Program-made: the position numbers and the translations under genes
Shown: positions 1 to 12,048 of the stretch, piece after piece
Numbering within the stretch: position 1 is the first letter of the stretch
Layout: each line of letters starts with the position of its first letter
Notes under the pieces: model-generated
Databases searched by the model: none
Told to the model about the DNA's origin: nothing
Seen by the model: only the letters and a program-made list of their open reading frames with translations
DNA from: Strigamia acuminata
Lineage: Eukaryota
Assembly (NCBI GenBank): GCA_949358305.1
Contig: OX442314.1
Coordinates: forward strand, 20,956,001 to 21,020,000
Reading direction: 5' to 3'
DNA: 64,000 nt

Positions 1-1248
1 CTATCATGATCAAGCACAAAGATCACCACAGCGTTTAAACTCTTCCAGGGTACACACTCAGGACGTACTTCCTGGATACACAACAAGAAGAAAATATTCA
101 TTTCCGTTTCCTTTACTGTCAACTGCAAGCTTACGGTAATCTCCTTAGTCAACACGGTTTTGTGACGTCACATAAATATTATTTAAATTAATTATGATTA
201 ATCCCATTACTGGTTAGAAAATAGACAAATTTAGTTAATTTAATTTAAGAAAAAAAATTGATAAACAAGTTTTTAACTATTTTTAGTTTGATTAATATAA
301 AAATCGAAAAATCATCAAAATTCCAGTATTTACGTATAGAATTCCCCGAGGGAATGGAATTAACTCTAAAATAATATTTCGTTTCTTTTCGTGAAATAGA
401 GTGAATGATTTTTATAACTTCAGACCATTAATGAATAATTCTATTTCATCATTCATAACTAACATAAATTTCAGATCGAACAAACAAGAAATTTAAACCT
501 CAGCTGCTAGTACAAACTTTTAAAACTTTGCTAATTAAACAGCAGTCTAAAAACAAACAATTTGAATGTATAAGTTAATTATAATGCTTCCCAGTATTAG
601 ACTTGGCAATTGGCTTATTTGGAATTCCACAAACCAATTGACTGATTACTTACTCAATTTGTTAACTCTCAGATAAACTTTTAGTGGAAACTTCCACGTA
701 CCAATAAATATATAAAACAGATAAAGAAAAAATATATAACCGCAATATATCCTTTAATCGCTAACTAATTCATAAAGTGCATTACTAACACTAAATAATA
801 AAAATGGCTTCCGCTTTTTGTGCATCAGATTTATTTAACATCCTAATCTCAGCATATTTTATGCTGGCAAGTTTTAAAACAACAAAAACAATCCAATTAT
901 GTTTTGTCAAATATCACAGCCCAATTTCATACGATTTATTATTTAATTAATTAATTTGGGCTTCTTTTTGTCCGAAATTCAATTCAAAACAAACAAAAAA
1001 AAATAACCTTTCTCGAACGAATAGGGGGAAAAAAGAATTATTTACATAAACTACTTCCATCACGTAGAATGTCGTGATGTGATGGAAAAAAATAACAAAA
1101 AAATTACACTTCAAAAAACTAGGGTAAAAAACCTAATTGTTTCTATGGATACTATAAAAATAATAAACCTTGAATGAAAAAAAATAAATAAAAATCGTAC
1201 CCATGGAAACTAGAAAATGTAAGACTTCAACATTTTCCACGGGGAATA

Positions 1249-1284
<36 letters not shown>

Positions 1285-1676
1285 ATAAAATAAATATAAA
1301 AATGAAAACATGCCATCCAAAATGATTAATTTCCTTATTAAAATTACGGTCTTATAATTAAATCGAAAAAGGAAAATTAAAAAAATACAATATAAATAAA
1401 AATATAAAAAAAAATCAAAAATAGTATAGCAACTTTATTAATCTCGTCGCTATGACAACGACAGGTGGAAACGATGACCTCCTCATTCCCACACAGAGAG
1501 AGTGTATTTAATGGGGTCAAAAATAGAAAACACGCAAATGAATAATTAAATTGTGTACCCAACCAGGTAATACATTTCAAATGAGCTTTAACTCAATTTT
1601 CCCAACCAAATTCGGTACTGAAATCAAGTTATAGCTGAGGAAAAAAGCAAAACAAAATAAAAAGTAAAATCCTTAC

Positions 1677-3852
1677 TTTTTTCCATCTTTTCCAATCGTC
1701 TTCACAACTTTAGGATAAAATTTCTTAACAAATGCTTTTCCTGACGTGGTTGCTGTTTGCCTAGCAATTAACAGCTCCTTCGGCCACATAACGGCCGTCA
1801 CAAACTAAAGATAAAAGTAAAAATAGCCCAAATTCGTTGCCAAAATCAACTGGCAAAATAATTAGCGATTTAAATCTTAATCCGCTACTCACTTTTTTTA
1901 TATCTTGCAAAAATGTCAGAACGAGAAAAGTCGCTTTTCTAATTTGAACACACGTTTAGTGCGCTAACATTGATAACTGGTCCAGCACAGACCTCCCATC
2001 ATAGAGCTTTACGTCAACACAACACATTTTGTTTTCGTCATTAGACGAATGAATCCACAAGTTATTTTAAGTTGAGTTTGAAAAGGAGAAGGTTGTTGGA
2101 CCGAAGCCCAATAGAATTTCAACTTGAATCAATGTCAAGTTGACAACAAGTTGAAAATTTCTACATTGATCTAAACTTCTCGTATTTTCTTATCACATTT
2201 TTTTTATTAAAAAAAAAAAAATACCTAACTTATTCGTTATTTGGTTTTAAAACAATTTTTTACCGCACACTGTTTACTTTTATTTTTTTTTTAAAAAAAA
2301 AATTTTTTTTCTTTCTCTCTGGTGATTTGTGCGGTGAAATGATGTTGCAATTGATGTTTATTACACAGATTGTTCTACATTTTTAACTGCAGTGAACGCA
2401 TAAACTCAGTAAATTGCTTTTGCTTTACCCAGTTTTTTTTTTTGCGAACCACAAAATTGCAATTAAATATTTACAAACACAAAATGTGTACACATTTTCT
2501 TTTATTCAGGAAACAGTTCCCAGAATATATAGTTCTTACTATCTAGCAAAAGTCCAACTTACATAAAATTGTAACTGCGCTAGATACGACCGTTTTTAGA
2601 TCCGATGTTGAGATCCAGGATCTCGAGTTTTTAAACTTACCGGTAAGAAGGACGGTTTCTTGAAGGCGGTAGTTGTAGAAATCGATCAGGAAGCACACTA
2701 AAAATACCACCGTCAAAGACATCACCTTCGATTTCGCTCGGTTCTGCATTGATGTCGTTGGTTGCCATTATTATGAACACATTGAATGTGGATGGATCTT
2801 AAAAACAAGAAAATTCATTAATTACGAGGGATAAATACGTGTGTTGTGAATTAGTGTGATAAAGAAATAGGTAATCGATTTTACATTTTGATTTATTTAT
2901 AGTTTAATGTGAAGAGTTTATTATTTTAATTTGTTTAATTTAGTAATGGGAGTAAAGTAGTGATTGTAACATAAATCAAAATAATCAATCAAATGTAAAT
3001 CAAATGTAAATCCAGCGTTGGATTTCATGAATGCATTTAAAAGTTAGATTATTATTACAAAGTAGTTAAAAAGTATCCAATTTTAAATTTTTTCCGTTTT
3101 AATTCGCTACAAACATTACACTTTGAAATCTTCTTTAAATGAAATGTTGGAAAAAAGTCCATTAAAACTTTTATATCCACTATAAAAAAAATATATATCC
3201 AAAAAACCTTTAAAAAAGCTGCCTTTTTAATAGTCTTTTAAACATTTATGTTAATGAAAATTTTCAAATTATAATAATAACATGTTATCTAAGAAAAACA
3301 TGAATAATCATAACAACTTGACAATTCGAACATATTTTGCAACATTTTTACCATTTTTCAAACCGACAAAATCACAACACCGCTTCCTTCCATGCATACT
3401 TGCTTCTAAAGGATGTTATTTAATCAAATATAAAACACTTTTTTTATTTTATAAATGGATTACCTTGTGGTACTTTGATTATGGACGCTCAGGGAAATCA
3501 CAGATGTTGTTGCATGCATAATACTGTCTCTTCTCCGTCGTTCGCACTAAATTAATTCTTTGTCTTTATTCCTAAAAGAAAACAAAGTAATTACAACACG
3601 AAATAAAAATCAAACCACGTGTTCCAAACATCAAAATAACTTTACTACAACTAGAAAAATCGACCCGCAACTTGCGAAAGTAGAATATTCCGTTTAAATA
3701 CCATTACCAGCTTGTCACGATTGCTCTTAACCGTCACTACGTTAAGCAGTATTCCAAATTTAGCAAGTAGTATGTGATATCAACACCGTACAAACAACTA
3801 GTAAAACTTTTTTTATTTAACAAGAACTAATTTACCTTATTTCTACCGCCAT
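1677..3852 (-). other. Probable 5' exons of an unidentified gene divergent from RABL2, running off to the left
   Basis: Minus-strand segments bounded by AG/GT(A/G)AG: 3836-3852, 3464-3571, 2641-2797, 1677-1740. Splicing 2641 to 1740 keeps the frame MQNRAKSKVMSLTVVFLVCFLIDFYNYRLQETVLLTGKAFVKKFYPKVVKTIGKDGK open. No family recognised. Confidence 0.3.
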
Positions 3853-4174
3853 ATTTACAGTCAACCACCTGCTAGGAATTGTGGGAATTGTGATGAACTC
3901 AGTACGCGTCTTTTTTTGTTAATCAACCGGTTACTTAACGTCATTACTTGACGGCTGCAAAATTAAATATGATAACTCATGTGTCATCCCCATTGAGTTT
4001 CTCATTTACTTTTTGTCGCTAGATAGAAGCACGAAATTAAAACTTAAAAAAATCGAACGGGACAAAAAAATGATTCGTGAGTTTATTACGATAATTTCCC
4101 ACAAGGTAGCACTAAAAGGCAGGGATTAGAAATATTTCTGGTTGTCATAACGACCATAAATATTATTAGTGAGC

Positions 4175-5361
4175 ATGGAAGAGCAGCCGGACTACGATTT
4201 GAAAGGGAAAAGTGGAGAATTGCGGGTTAAAGTTATATGTTTGGGCGATAGTGCTGTAGGAAAATCAAAGTGAGTAATTTGCAGCGAGACACCAATTGCC
4301 TCAATATCCTGCAAGAATTTTCTTTTTCTCTCTCTTCGTTTTGTTGCATAATTCAAAATATTGATCGAAAAATAATTAGAAACAATTTTTTTTTCCAATA
4401 TTTTTCAGATTAGTCGAGCGATTTTTAATAGACGAATAGTATCCTTTTTATATACGAGTTTTTCAATTTAATTTTTCTTTTACTTGTGTAGTTTTCTAAA
4501 TTAATTAATAGCAAAACGCAGCAATTATCAACTTACGCTTTGACCCTCTTTCAGTATAAAACTAAAATTGACAATGAAGAAGTTGTTGTCGGTAAATTTA
4601 GACAAAAAATTGTCGCATATAATTTATTTATAATTAATTTACCTGTGAATATTTCAGATTTTTGGGACACGGCTGGACAGGAGAGGTTTAACAGCATGCA
4701 CGCGTCTTATTACCATCAAGCGCACGCCTGCATTTTGGTGAGAGAAATTACAAGAAAAGTATTGTTTAATAATAAATTATATTGACGCAGGTATTCGACA
4801 CGACACGAAAAATAACGTACAAAAATTTGGCAATTTGGTATAATGAGCTGCGTGAACACCGTCCAGAAATTCCTTGTTTTTGTGTTGCCAATAAAATTGA
4901 TGGTAAAATGTCAAGGGGTTAAAAACAAATCAGTATTGATTTTTCCACCCACTTATAAATAAATTTTGGCTCTTGAGTTAATATTTTTACTTATTTATTG
5001 CAGTCGATTACAAGGTCACGCAAAAAGCCTTCAATTTCCCAAAAAAACAAAATTTGCCTTTCTATTTTGTATCTGCGTCTGATGGAACTAATGTGGTGAA
5101 GGTAACGAGTTAATAAAAAAATATAATAAGACGTTCGAATTTATTTTTTTTTTAATTTTTAAGTTGTTCAAAGATTCAATACAAGCAGCAATAAAATATA
5201 AGAAAAATCCGTCCGATTTCACGGATGAAATCTTAGAAGAATTGGAGGTAAATAGAGGACCAGGCTTTTGTTGTTTTTGTTAGAAATCTTTTATTTTATC
5301 TCAGCACATGAATACTGGCATTGGTGTTGACTTTGAAGATGAGGATAGTGTTTCGAGTTAA
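4175..5361 (+). CDS. RABL2: Rab-like protein 2 (ciliary small GTPase), 8 coding exons
   Basis: Exons 4175-4269, 4409-4438, 4512-4591, 4658-4737, 4791-4902, 5004-5101, 5164-5247, 5305-5361. Translation contains KVICLGDSAVGKSKLVERFL, QQLSTYALTLF, DFWDTAGQERFNSMHASYYHQAHACILVFD, RPEIPCFCVANKID and FVSASDGTNVVKLF, all matching RABL2. No C-terminal prenylation cysteines. Confidence 0.95.
4439..4511 (+). other. U12-type (minor spliceosome) GT-AG intron in RABL2
   Basis: Donor GTATCCTTTT matches the U12 consensus. No polypyrimidine tract before the AG. Imperfect branch-like TTTCTAAAT about 13 nt upstream of the AG. Splicing restores the frame (DEY-KTQQ). Confidence 0.85.
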
Positions 5362-5998
5362 TACTGAAAACTTGTATTACTATTTGGAAAAATGTGTATT
5401 ACTAATTTTATTTTTTATTCTTTTGTATTTAAGCCAATTTTAAAATGTATTTGAATATATACCTGTTACAATATTTTCCTGTATTTTTTTTAATGTAAGC
5501 ACGACCAATCATTAAACTTACACTATATGCATTCATTTCATTTCACTTTATTATCTTTCGGTTGTGGAAAAAAAAATTATAAAAAAAATTATAATCTTCA
5601 ATGATTATTTTTTTAAAATTATCACCTTTCAATTATGCATTAGTTAATAAATGGAAGAATACATTACACTCGTACTGCCAATTATTTTTGGCATTTGATT
5701 GAGTTTGACACTTAATAAAACCAGTTATAAATCAAAATATCTGTGATTGAAAACCATTAAACCCGTTTTATCAATACAGTTGCATAATGGCATGAGAATA
5801 CAATGATATAATGTAATGTTTTGATTTTAAAATAAAAGAAAGAACAACGAATTTAAAAATCACTATTTTTTTAAAACTAAAAACAAAATGCGAGTTTTAT
5901 GTTCATTTTAACTTGTATAACTCAGACAAAAGAAAAAAATATATTTGTTAAATTAATTAAAAAAAAATTAAAAACTCTTAAAATCAAACTTCCTGTCA

Positions 5999-8677
5999 TC
6001 ACTCCTGGAGTTGAACATAATTAGCTGGAAAAAGTCCAACTTTTCCTCTGCATTCACCGCGCCACCATCCTTCATCGATCTAAATAAAAACAAATACATC
6101 TTACTACGATACGAGTAACAAACACCAGGGCGACTAACCATTTCAATATTCGTAATTACTTCATCCGGATCAAACGAAATTTCATCATCTGCAGTTGCTT
6201 GGTAATCATACAAAGCATTTGCAGATATTCCAGATGGTTCGTCCGAAGGTTCGTAATAAATTTCACGATTATCTTCATCCTCTTCTGAAAAGATAAAAAT
6301 AAAAATAGTATTAATAACTTCCGATATAATTCTAATACCACGAAGTAATTTAATAACCTATGCTGTGTTCCACAACAGTTTCTTGCATTACAACCGTCAC
6401 ATCTTCAACAAGTTGGTGCGTAGATTGAACGGGCTCGATAACTTCTGATTTCTTAACTTCTACTTCCTTAATTTCTGATTTTTCAATTTCTGTTTTTTTA
6501 ACTTCTAATTTTTTAACTTCTGCCAAAATTTCACTTTGCTTTTCTTCAAAATCCTGCAAATTAAGCATCAAAATATCAATTTAGATAATATTTTTACAAA
6601 TAATATTAAATACTTACACCTCCTGCACCAGATAATCTTGTGCGTACAGCAGGTTGTGGCTGTTGTTGCGATTGTGCGCTCGATTCGATATTTCCTTTCT
6701 CTTCATTTTCAAGCTTGAGTCGTCTCTGTCGATCCTCCTCTTTCTTCTTCTCGTCTTCCTTTTCCCTTTTCTCTCGCAGAATGCGAAATTTCCTTTCCTC
6801 TTCTGCGCGCGCTCGCGATTCCTCTTCAGCAGCCGAAGCCATATTTTCAAATTTACTTCTTAAACTTTTCGTCTTATCCGATACTAGATTTCAATCACAA
6901 GAATTAATTAATTAATTAATTAATTAGCCAATTTTATATTACAAATCACAACTAACCAACATCAGGTTTAACTTTTTCATAAGTAGACTTTGGTTTTTCC
7001 ACGTCACTATAGGAATAAGCTGACTAAAATCAGATAAATAGTTAAAAAAAAACTCAAATAATATACTAAGAAAACAAAAGACGTACTTTATCCACTCTTT
7101 CGCTATCAATGCCAAATTTCCCACCGAATCCTTTTTTCATATCGACTTGAGACGGGTGTTGTTCCACTTTATTTACTTGGTCCCATCCACCGGCTGACGA
7201 ATCTTGTCTATCTCTTTGCACTCCAAACTTTCCACCAAAACCAACGGAATGATCTAAAAATCGTAAAAATAAATAAATAAATTTAAATTTAAAAACAATT
7301 AAAACATAAAACAAAATTAGTTATCTTTTACCTGTTTGGGATTCATGTTTCGCTAAATTCGCTTTATAATCCCATCCAACTGCTGATTTGTCTATTCTGT
7401 CTGACTGGACTCCAAATTTACCACCAAATCCAGTGGTATAATCTGAAATATTTCATTAAATTAGCAATAATTCCAAAAAATACAACAAAAAAAACATGTT
7501 AAAAACAATGTTAAAAACAGAAAAAAAAATACAGCCGTTGTTATTGTATATTAGATGAAAAACGAATATGAAATTTGAAGATGTTGAAAGATGTTATTCT
7601 GCCCATCCATCCACCAGGTGTTAGTTCTCAGTTCTCACAATACCAATTTCACCGGTGGACTCACCAATCTGCGAACAATGCTTGTCCGTTTTTTCCTTGT
7701 GATCCCAACCATAAGCACATTGGTCCACACGGTCTACTTGGATACCATGTTTACCGCCGAACCCTTTTGCATAATCTAATTCATGTTCATGATTATACAA
7801 CAAGTTAATTCACCAAAAAATTACCGAAAATTTTAATTAAAAACAAAACTAAACATAAATTCACTCTTCTATAATGTGTAGTCGGGAATAAAAATCAAGT
7901 ACCTTTCTGCGATTCATGTTTCTCCAATTTATTTTGGTAATCCCAGCCTACTGCCGATTGATCAACACGATCTTTCTGAACTCCAAACTTTCCACCAAAT
8001 CCAGTAGCGTAATCCTTCTGTGATTCGTGCTTGTCTACCTTTTCTTTATAATCAAATCCAACAGCAGACTGTAAAAAAAATCATATTTCCAATGAAAATC
8101 ACGAATAAAATAACGAAAAATACCGAAAATAATACTAACCTTGTCTTGCCTATCAGATTGAACACCAAATTTTCCTCCAAACCCAGAAGAATAATCTTTT
8201 TGAGAAGCATGTTTGTCTACTTTTTCAATGTGATCGTGTCCCAAAGCAGACTACAAGTATAAAATTTCCCATTAAAACACTATCTTACCCAAAAAAATAC
8301 GCGTATTTCACCTTGTCCATCCTATCATTTTCAACACCGAATTTACCACCATATCCGTAACTCGCTTTTGGCCCTGATTCCATTTCCAATTTCTTATTAC
8401 GAGCATCACTTTGCGTAACATCTGCTTCTAATTGCTTGAAGCTGAAAATTAATTACACCAATTATAATACATAAAATGCATTTACATGTTACTGTTAGAT
8501 TATTGTGTGTCTTTACTCTATACTTCCAAGCAATCGTCCAGAACCTTCCACAGTTTTGGATCCCCATCTTTGCTCTTCCTCGGTTACATCATTAATAAAA
8601 TCTGGATCAGTTTCCCAATCGTCATCGCCGTTATTTGCACTTTGGGTGATGTTATGTCCAGTTTGAGCTTTCCACAT
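5999..8677 (-). CDS. CTTN: Cortactin (acidic N-terminus, about 6.5 cortactin repeats, helical region, SH3 domain)
   Basis: MWKAQ...[25 protein letters not shown] (Arp2/3-binding DDW motif), repeated [21 protein letters not shown], C-terminal SH3 [26 protein letters not shown]...GWWRG...[10 protein letters not shown]. Multi-exon with GT-AG introns. Confidence 0.96.
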
Positions 8678-9099
8678 TTCTAAAAATGGTCAATCTAAAA
8701 AAGTAAAAAAAATTATAAAATTAGCCCAGTATAATTCGATATACACAAATGGTAAATATTTTAAGGAAATGAATCATGTGGATTTCCTCCATTTATTGTT
8801 TACAACTACTACTGTAGTAGCCAAGATGTAATTAATAGATTAAGTTAGAAAAATAATACGTGAGGTTGGAAATTAATAAAATATTATTTTTTTATATACG
8901 TACTGCCACGAAATTAAAAACTTGTTTGTCAGCTAATAATTTTTCTGTTTACGACATAACTTATCGACCAAGTTAGCATCTAAGATACCACCACCCACTT
9001 AGTCATCAAGAAATTATATTTTCAGAAACGGATGTTCACAACTGCTGACTAGAAAATAGTTTGTTTCTACTTCAGTTGTGAGTCCGAAGTACGTCATAC

Positions 9100-9345
9100 A
9101 TTGTAGTTAAGTTAACGAGCGAGAGATGGCGGGTGCTACATCACGTGACTAGATAAACAATGTATTAAATTTTACTTTTATTATTTTTATTATTAGTATA
9201 TATTAAAATTCAATACATTCCAGCGTTAATTCTATCTTTTTTTTATTCAAAGAAGGTGTCGGACAAATTGCAAATAATCTGTCTGACTTCTAAGCAAAAA
9301 AAGTGACGTTGATTACGTAAACGCCTGTGACGCCATTTTGGACTC
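9100..9345. promoter_or_regulatory. Bidirectional promoter between cortactin and transaldolase
   Basis: Head-to-head genes with start codons about 710 bp apart. Contains E-box TCACGTGAC (9141-9149), YY1-like AGATGGCG (~9124) and CGCCATTTT (9331-9339), and CRE-like TGACGT. Confidence 0.5.
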
Positions 9346-9388
9346 ATTTAAATCGCAACTTCTCTAATCTTACCTCCCATTCACCTGC

Positions 9389-10918
9389 ATGTCATTGTCA
9401 GCGCCAAAGAAACCAACCATGTCTGCTCTGGAGCAACTGAAAAAACTAACCATAGTAGTGGCCGACACTGGAGATTTTGAGGGTAAATATTTTCAAAGAT
9501 TACTTTGCTTCGAGTACCGGTACTCACGTATATGCACCACCTGTAACCTATTTAAAATACCTGTACAAGTGTAAAATAAAAGAAATTTGGATACTTTTAT
9601 TTAGTCGAAAAAATAATTATTATTTTTTTTTTCTAAACCACCGGTAGCCATGAAAAAGTTCCAGCCTACAGATGCAACAACAAATCCATCACTGATTTTA
9701 GCTGCTGCGAATATGCCACAGTATCAAAATTTGATCAAAACTGCTCTGGGATACGGAAAAACTAAAGGCCAGTAAGTTAAAAAGACGAGAAAAAAAAAAT
9801 CAAAACCGTGACTCGGCAAATTTTTATTGTATCAGTTATTTAACCTTGAAAAAATTTGTCTAGCTCGAGTGAGGAAAAGCTGAAACTTGCCATGGATAAA
9901 TTATTTGTTCTTTTTGGATTGGAAATTTTGAAAATCATTCCCGGGAGAGTGTCGACTGAAGTCGACGCGAGGTATTAAGCATTTTTTATCTAATTCAATC
10001 AATGATACATCAAAAATTCTTTCTTAAATTTCCAGATTATCATTCGATAAAGACGCATCGATTGCAAAAGCGCGCCAACTTATTGGTTTGTACGAAGAAT
10101 CCGGCATTCCGAAAGAGCGAATTCTAATCAAACTCGCATCTACCTGGGAAGGAATTGAGGCCGCGAGGTAATAAACTAATTAAGGTTACACAAACAACCT
10201 TGACTTCATTTCTGGCGATGTCATAACTAACCATGACTCTGCATTTATCCGAATTTTAGAGTTTTGGAATCGAAATACGACATTCATTGCAATTTGACCC
10301 TCTTATTTTCCTTCGCTCAGGTCGATAATTTTGATTTAATTTAATTTTTGTCTAGAAAATAATTAAACATTAAAATATTAACAGGCTGTGGCATGTGCCG
10401 AAGCCGGCATTACCCTCATTTCACCGTTCGTTGGACGTATTCTGGATTGGCACGTGAAGAATACAGCGCAGAAACACTTTGAACCGGAAGAAGATCCAGG
10501 AGTGAAGAGTGTGACTGCTATTTACAACTACTACAAGAAATATGATTATAAAACCGTGGTGATGGGTGCATCTTTCCGAAATGTCGGACAAGTGACGGCC
10601 TTGGCAGGCTGTGATTTGTTGACGATAAGTCCGCAATTACTTGGCGAGTTGGACGATTCGAACGAGGCCGTACATCCTCACTTAACTATTAGTTCCGGTA
10701 ACAATTTTTAATTATCGATTAAGAACTTTGATTGATAAATTTTTATTTCCTTCAAACCAGCTAAGAAACATGATATTGAGAGAATTACAATGGACGAAAA
10801 GACATTCCGTTGGATGTTGAACGAAGATGAAATGGCTACGGATAAGTTGTCCGAAGGAATCAGGAAATTTGCCGCCGATGCGATTAAGTTGGAAACCATT
10901 CTCAGAGAAAAGATGTAA
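9389..10918 (+). CDS. TALDO1: Transaldolase, 7 coding exons
   Basis: [47 protein letters not shown] (Schiff-base Lys), [47 protein letters not shown]. Approximate exons 9389-9482, 9648-9771, 9864-9971, 10037-10167, 10260-10320, 10385-10697, 10761-10918. Confidence 0.96.
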
Positions 10919-12048
10919 ACAACTGGTCTTTATTTCGACTTTAATTTTCTTTTCCAGTTGTAACTCATTTTCCATTAAATAATTTGTATTATTTAAAAAA
11001 AAAAAAATTAAAATATATTTCGTATTCATGCATTAAATTTACAATTATTTTATTGTGCATCGTACGCAATCACAATCAAAAAATATTTTCCAAGTACAAA
11101 ACGTTCGTGTAGAAAATGTAGAAAAAAAATAAACAACTTCATCCAACCTGCCACTAAAACGGACGAAATTAATCATTTTTACTCCTCGATGAAAGAAAAA
11201 AAATCGTTACCCTTAATCCTTTGCCATCCCCAGTTAAATCCGCCCTCCTCTCCATTTCTTCTTTCTTCTTTAGTTGCTCCTTATACTTTTGAGAATCTCT
11301 CAAGCCTCGAGATTCTTGATCTTTCATCCGTTTTTCGGCTGCCTCCGCTAGCTGGCGACGTTTCGTTTCCTGTCAAGCAAGAAAAAAATTGAATCAACAA
11401 GTGCAACATGTAAACATATTAATGTTTAAATCACATAAGCCAAAAAAACCAGTTTTCACTATTTAGAAATTTTTATTTTATTAGAAGCAGGTCACCTTCA
11501 TGTCTGCCTGCACCTCAGGTTTCCTTAGCTACAATCTGGCAAACAGTTTGATTGGTTGCCAAGCTTTCAAACAGGTGTGGCTTATCAGGGAGACATGGGC
11601 GGGTGCAGGTGAATGGCAACACAATAGCCACAGGAAATGACATGCTGGAAGTACTGGACAAAAGTTAAGATCAAATTTGTTGTTGTTACAGGTGTTATCT
11701 TGCGCTTTTATTATTCATACACATCTCAGGTGAGCACAGGTGAAACTTGAAATTATATTTCCACATTGATTAATTTAGAACCATTCAATCGAGCTACATT
11801 TCCCCCCGACACGCTTCACCGCCCATTTCTCTTTATTTCCTACTAAAACAAACGAGATAGATTCTCGAAAATGCTATTATCTTTTATTAATTTTTATTCA
11901 TTCTATTTTTACAGACTTAATAACGATTTCGAGGAAAAGTGTTGGCTTTTTTTGATGGACAATTCTACAATTCCGTGATTTATTTCTCATTTGTCGGATA
12001 AAGGATATAAAACTTTGAAAAAAGGAGAAAAAAAGAGGAAAAAGTGTC

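Noticed and set aside
1255..1283. Long poly(A) run
   Set aside because: No upstream retrocopy or TSD recognised; ordinary in this AT-rich context.
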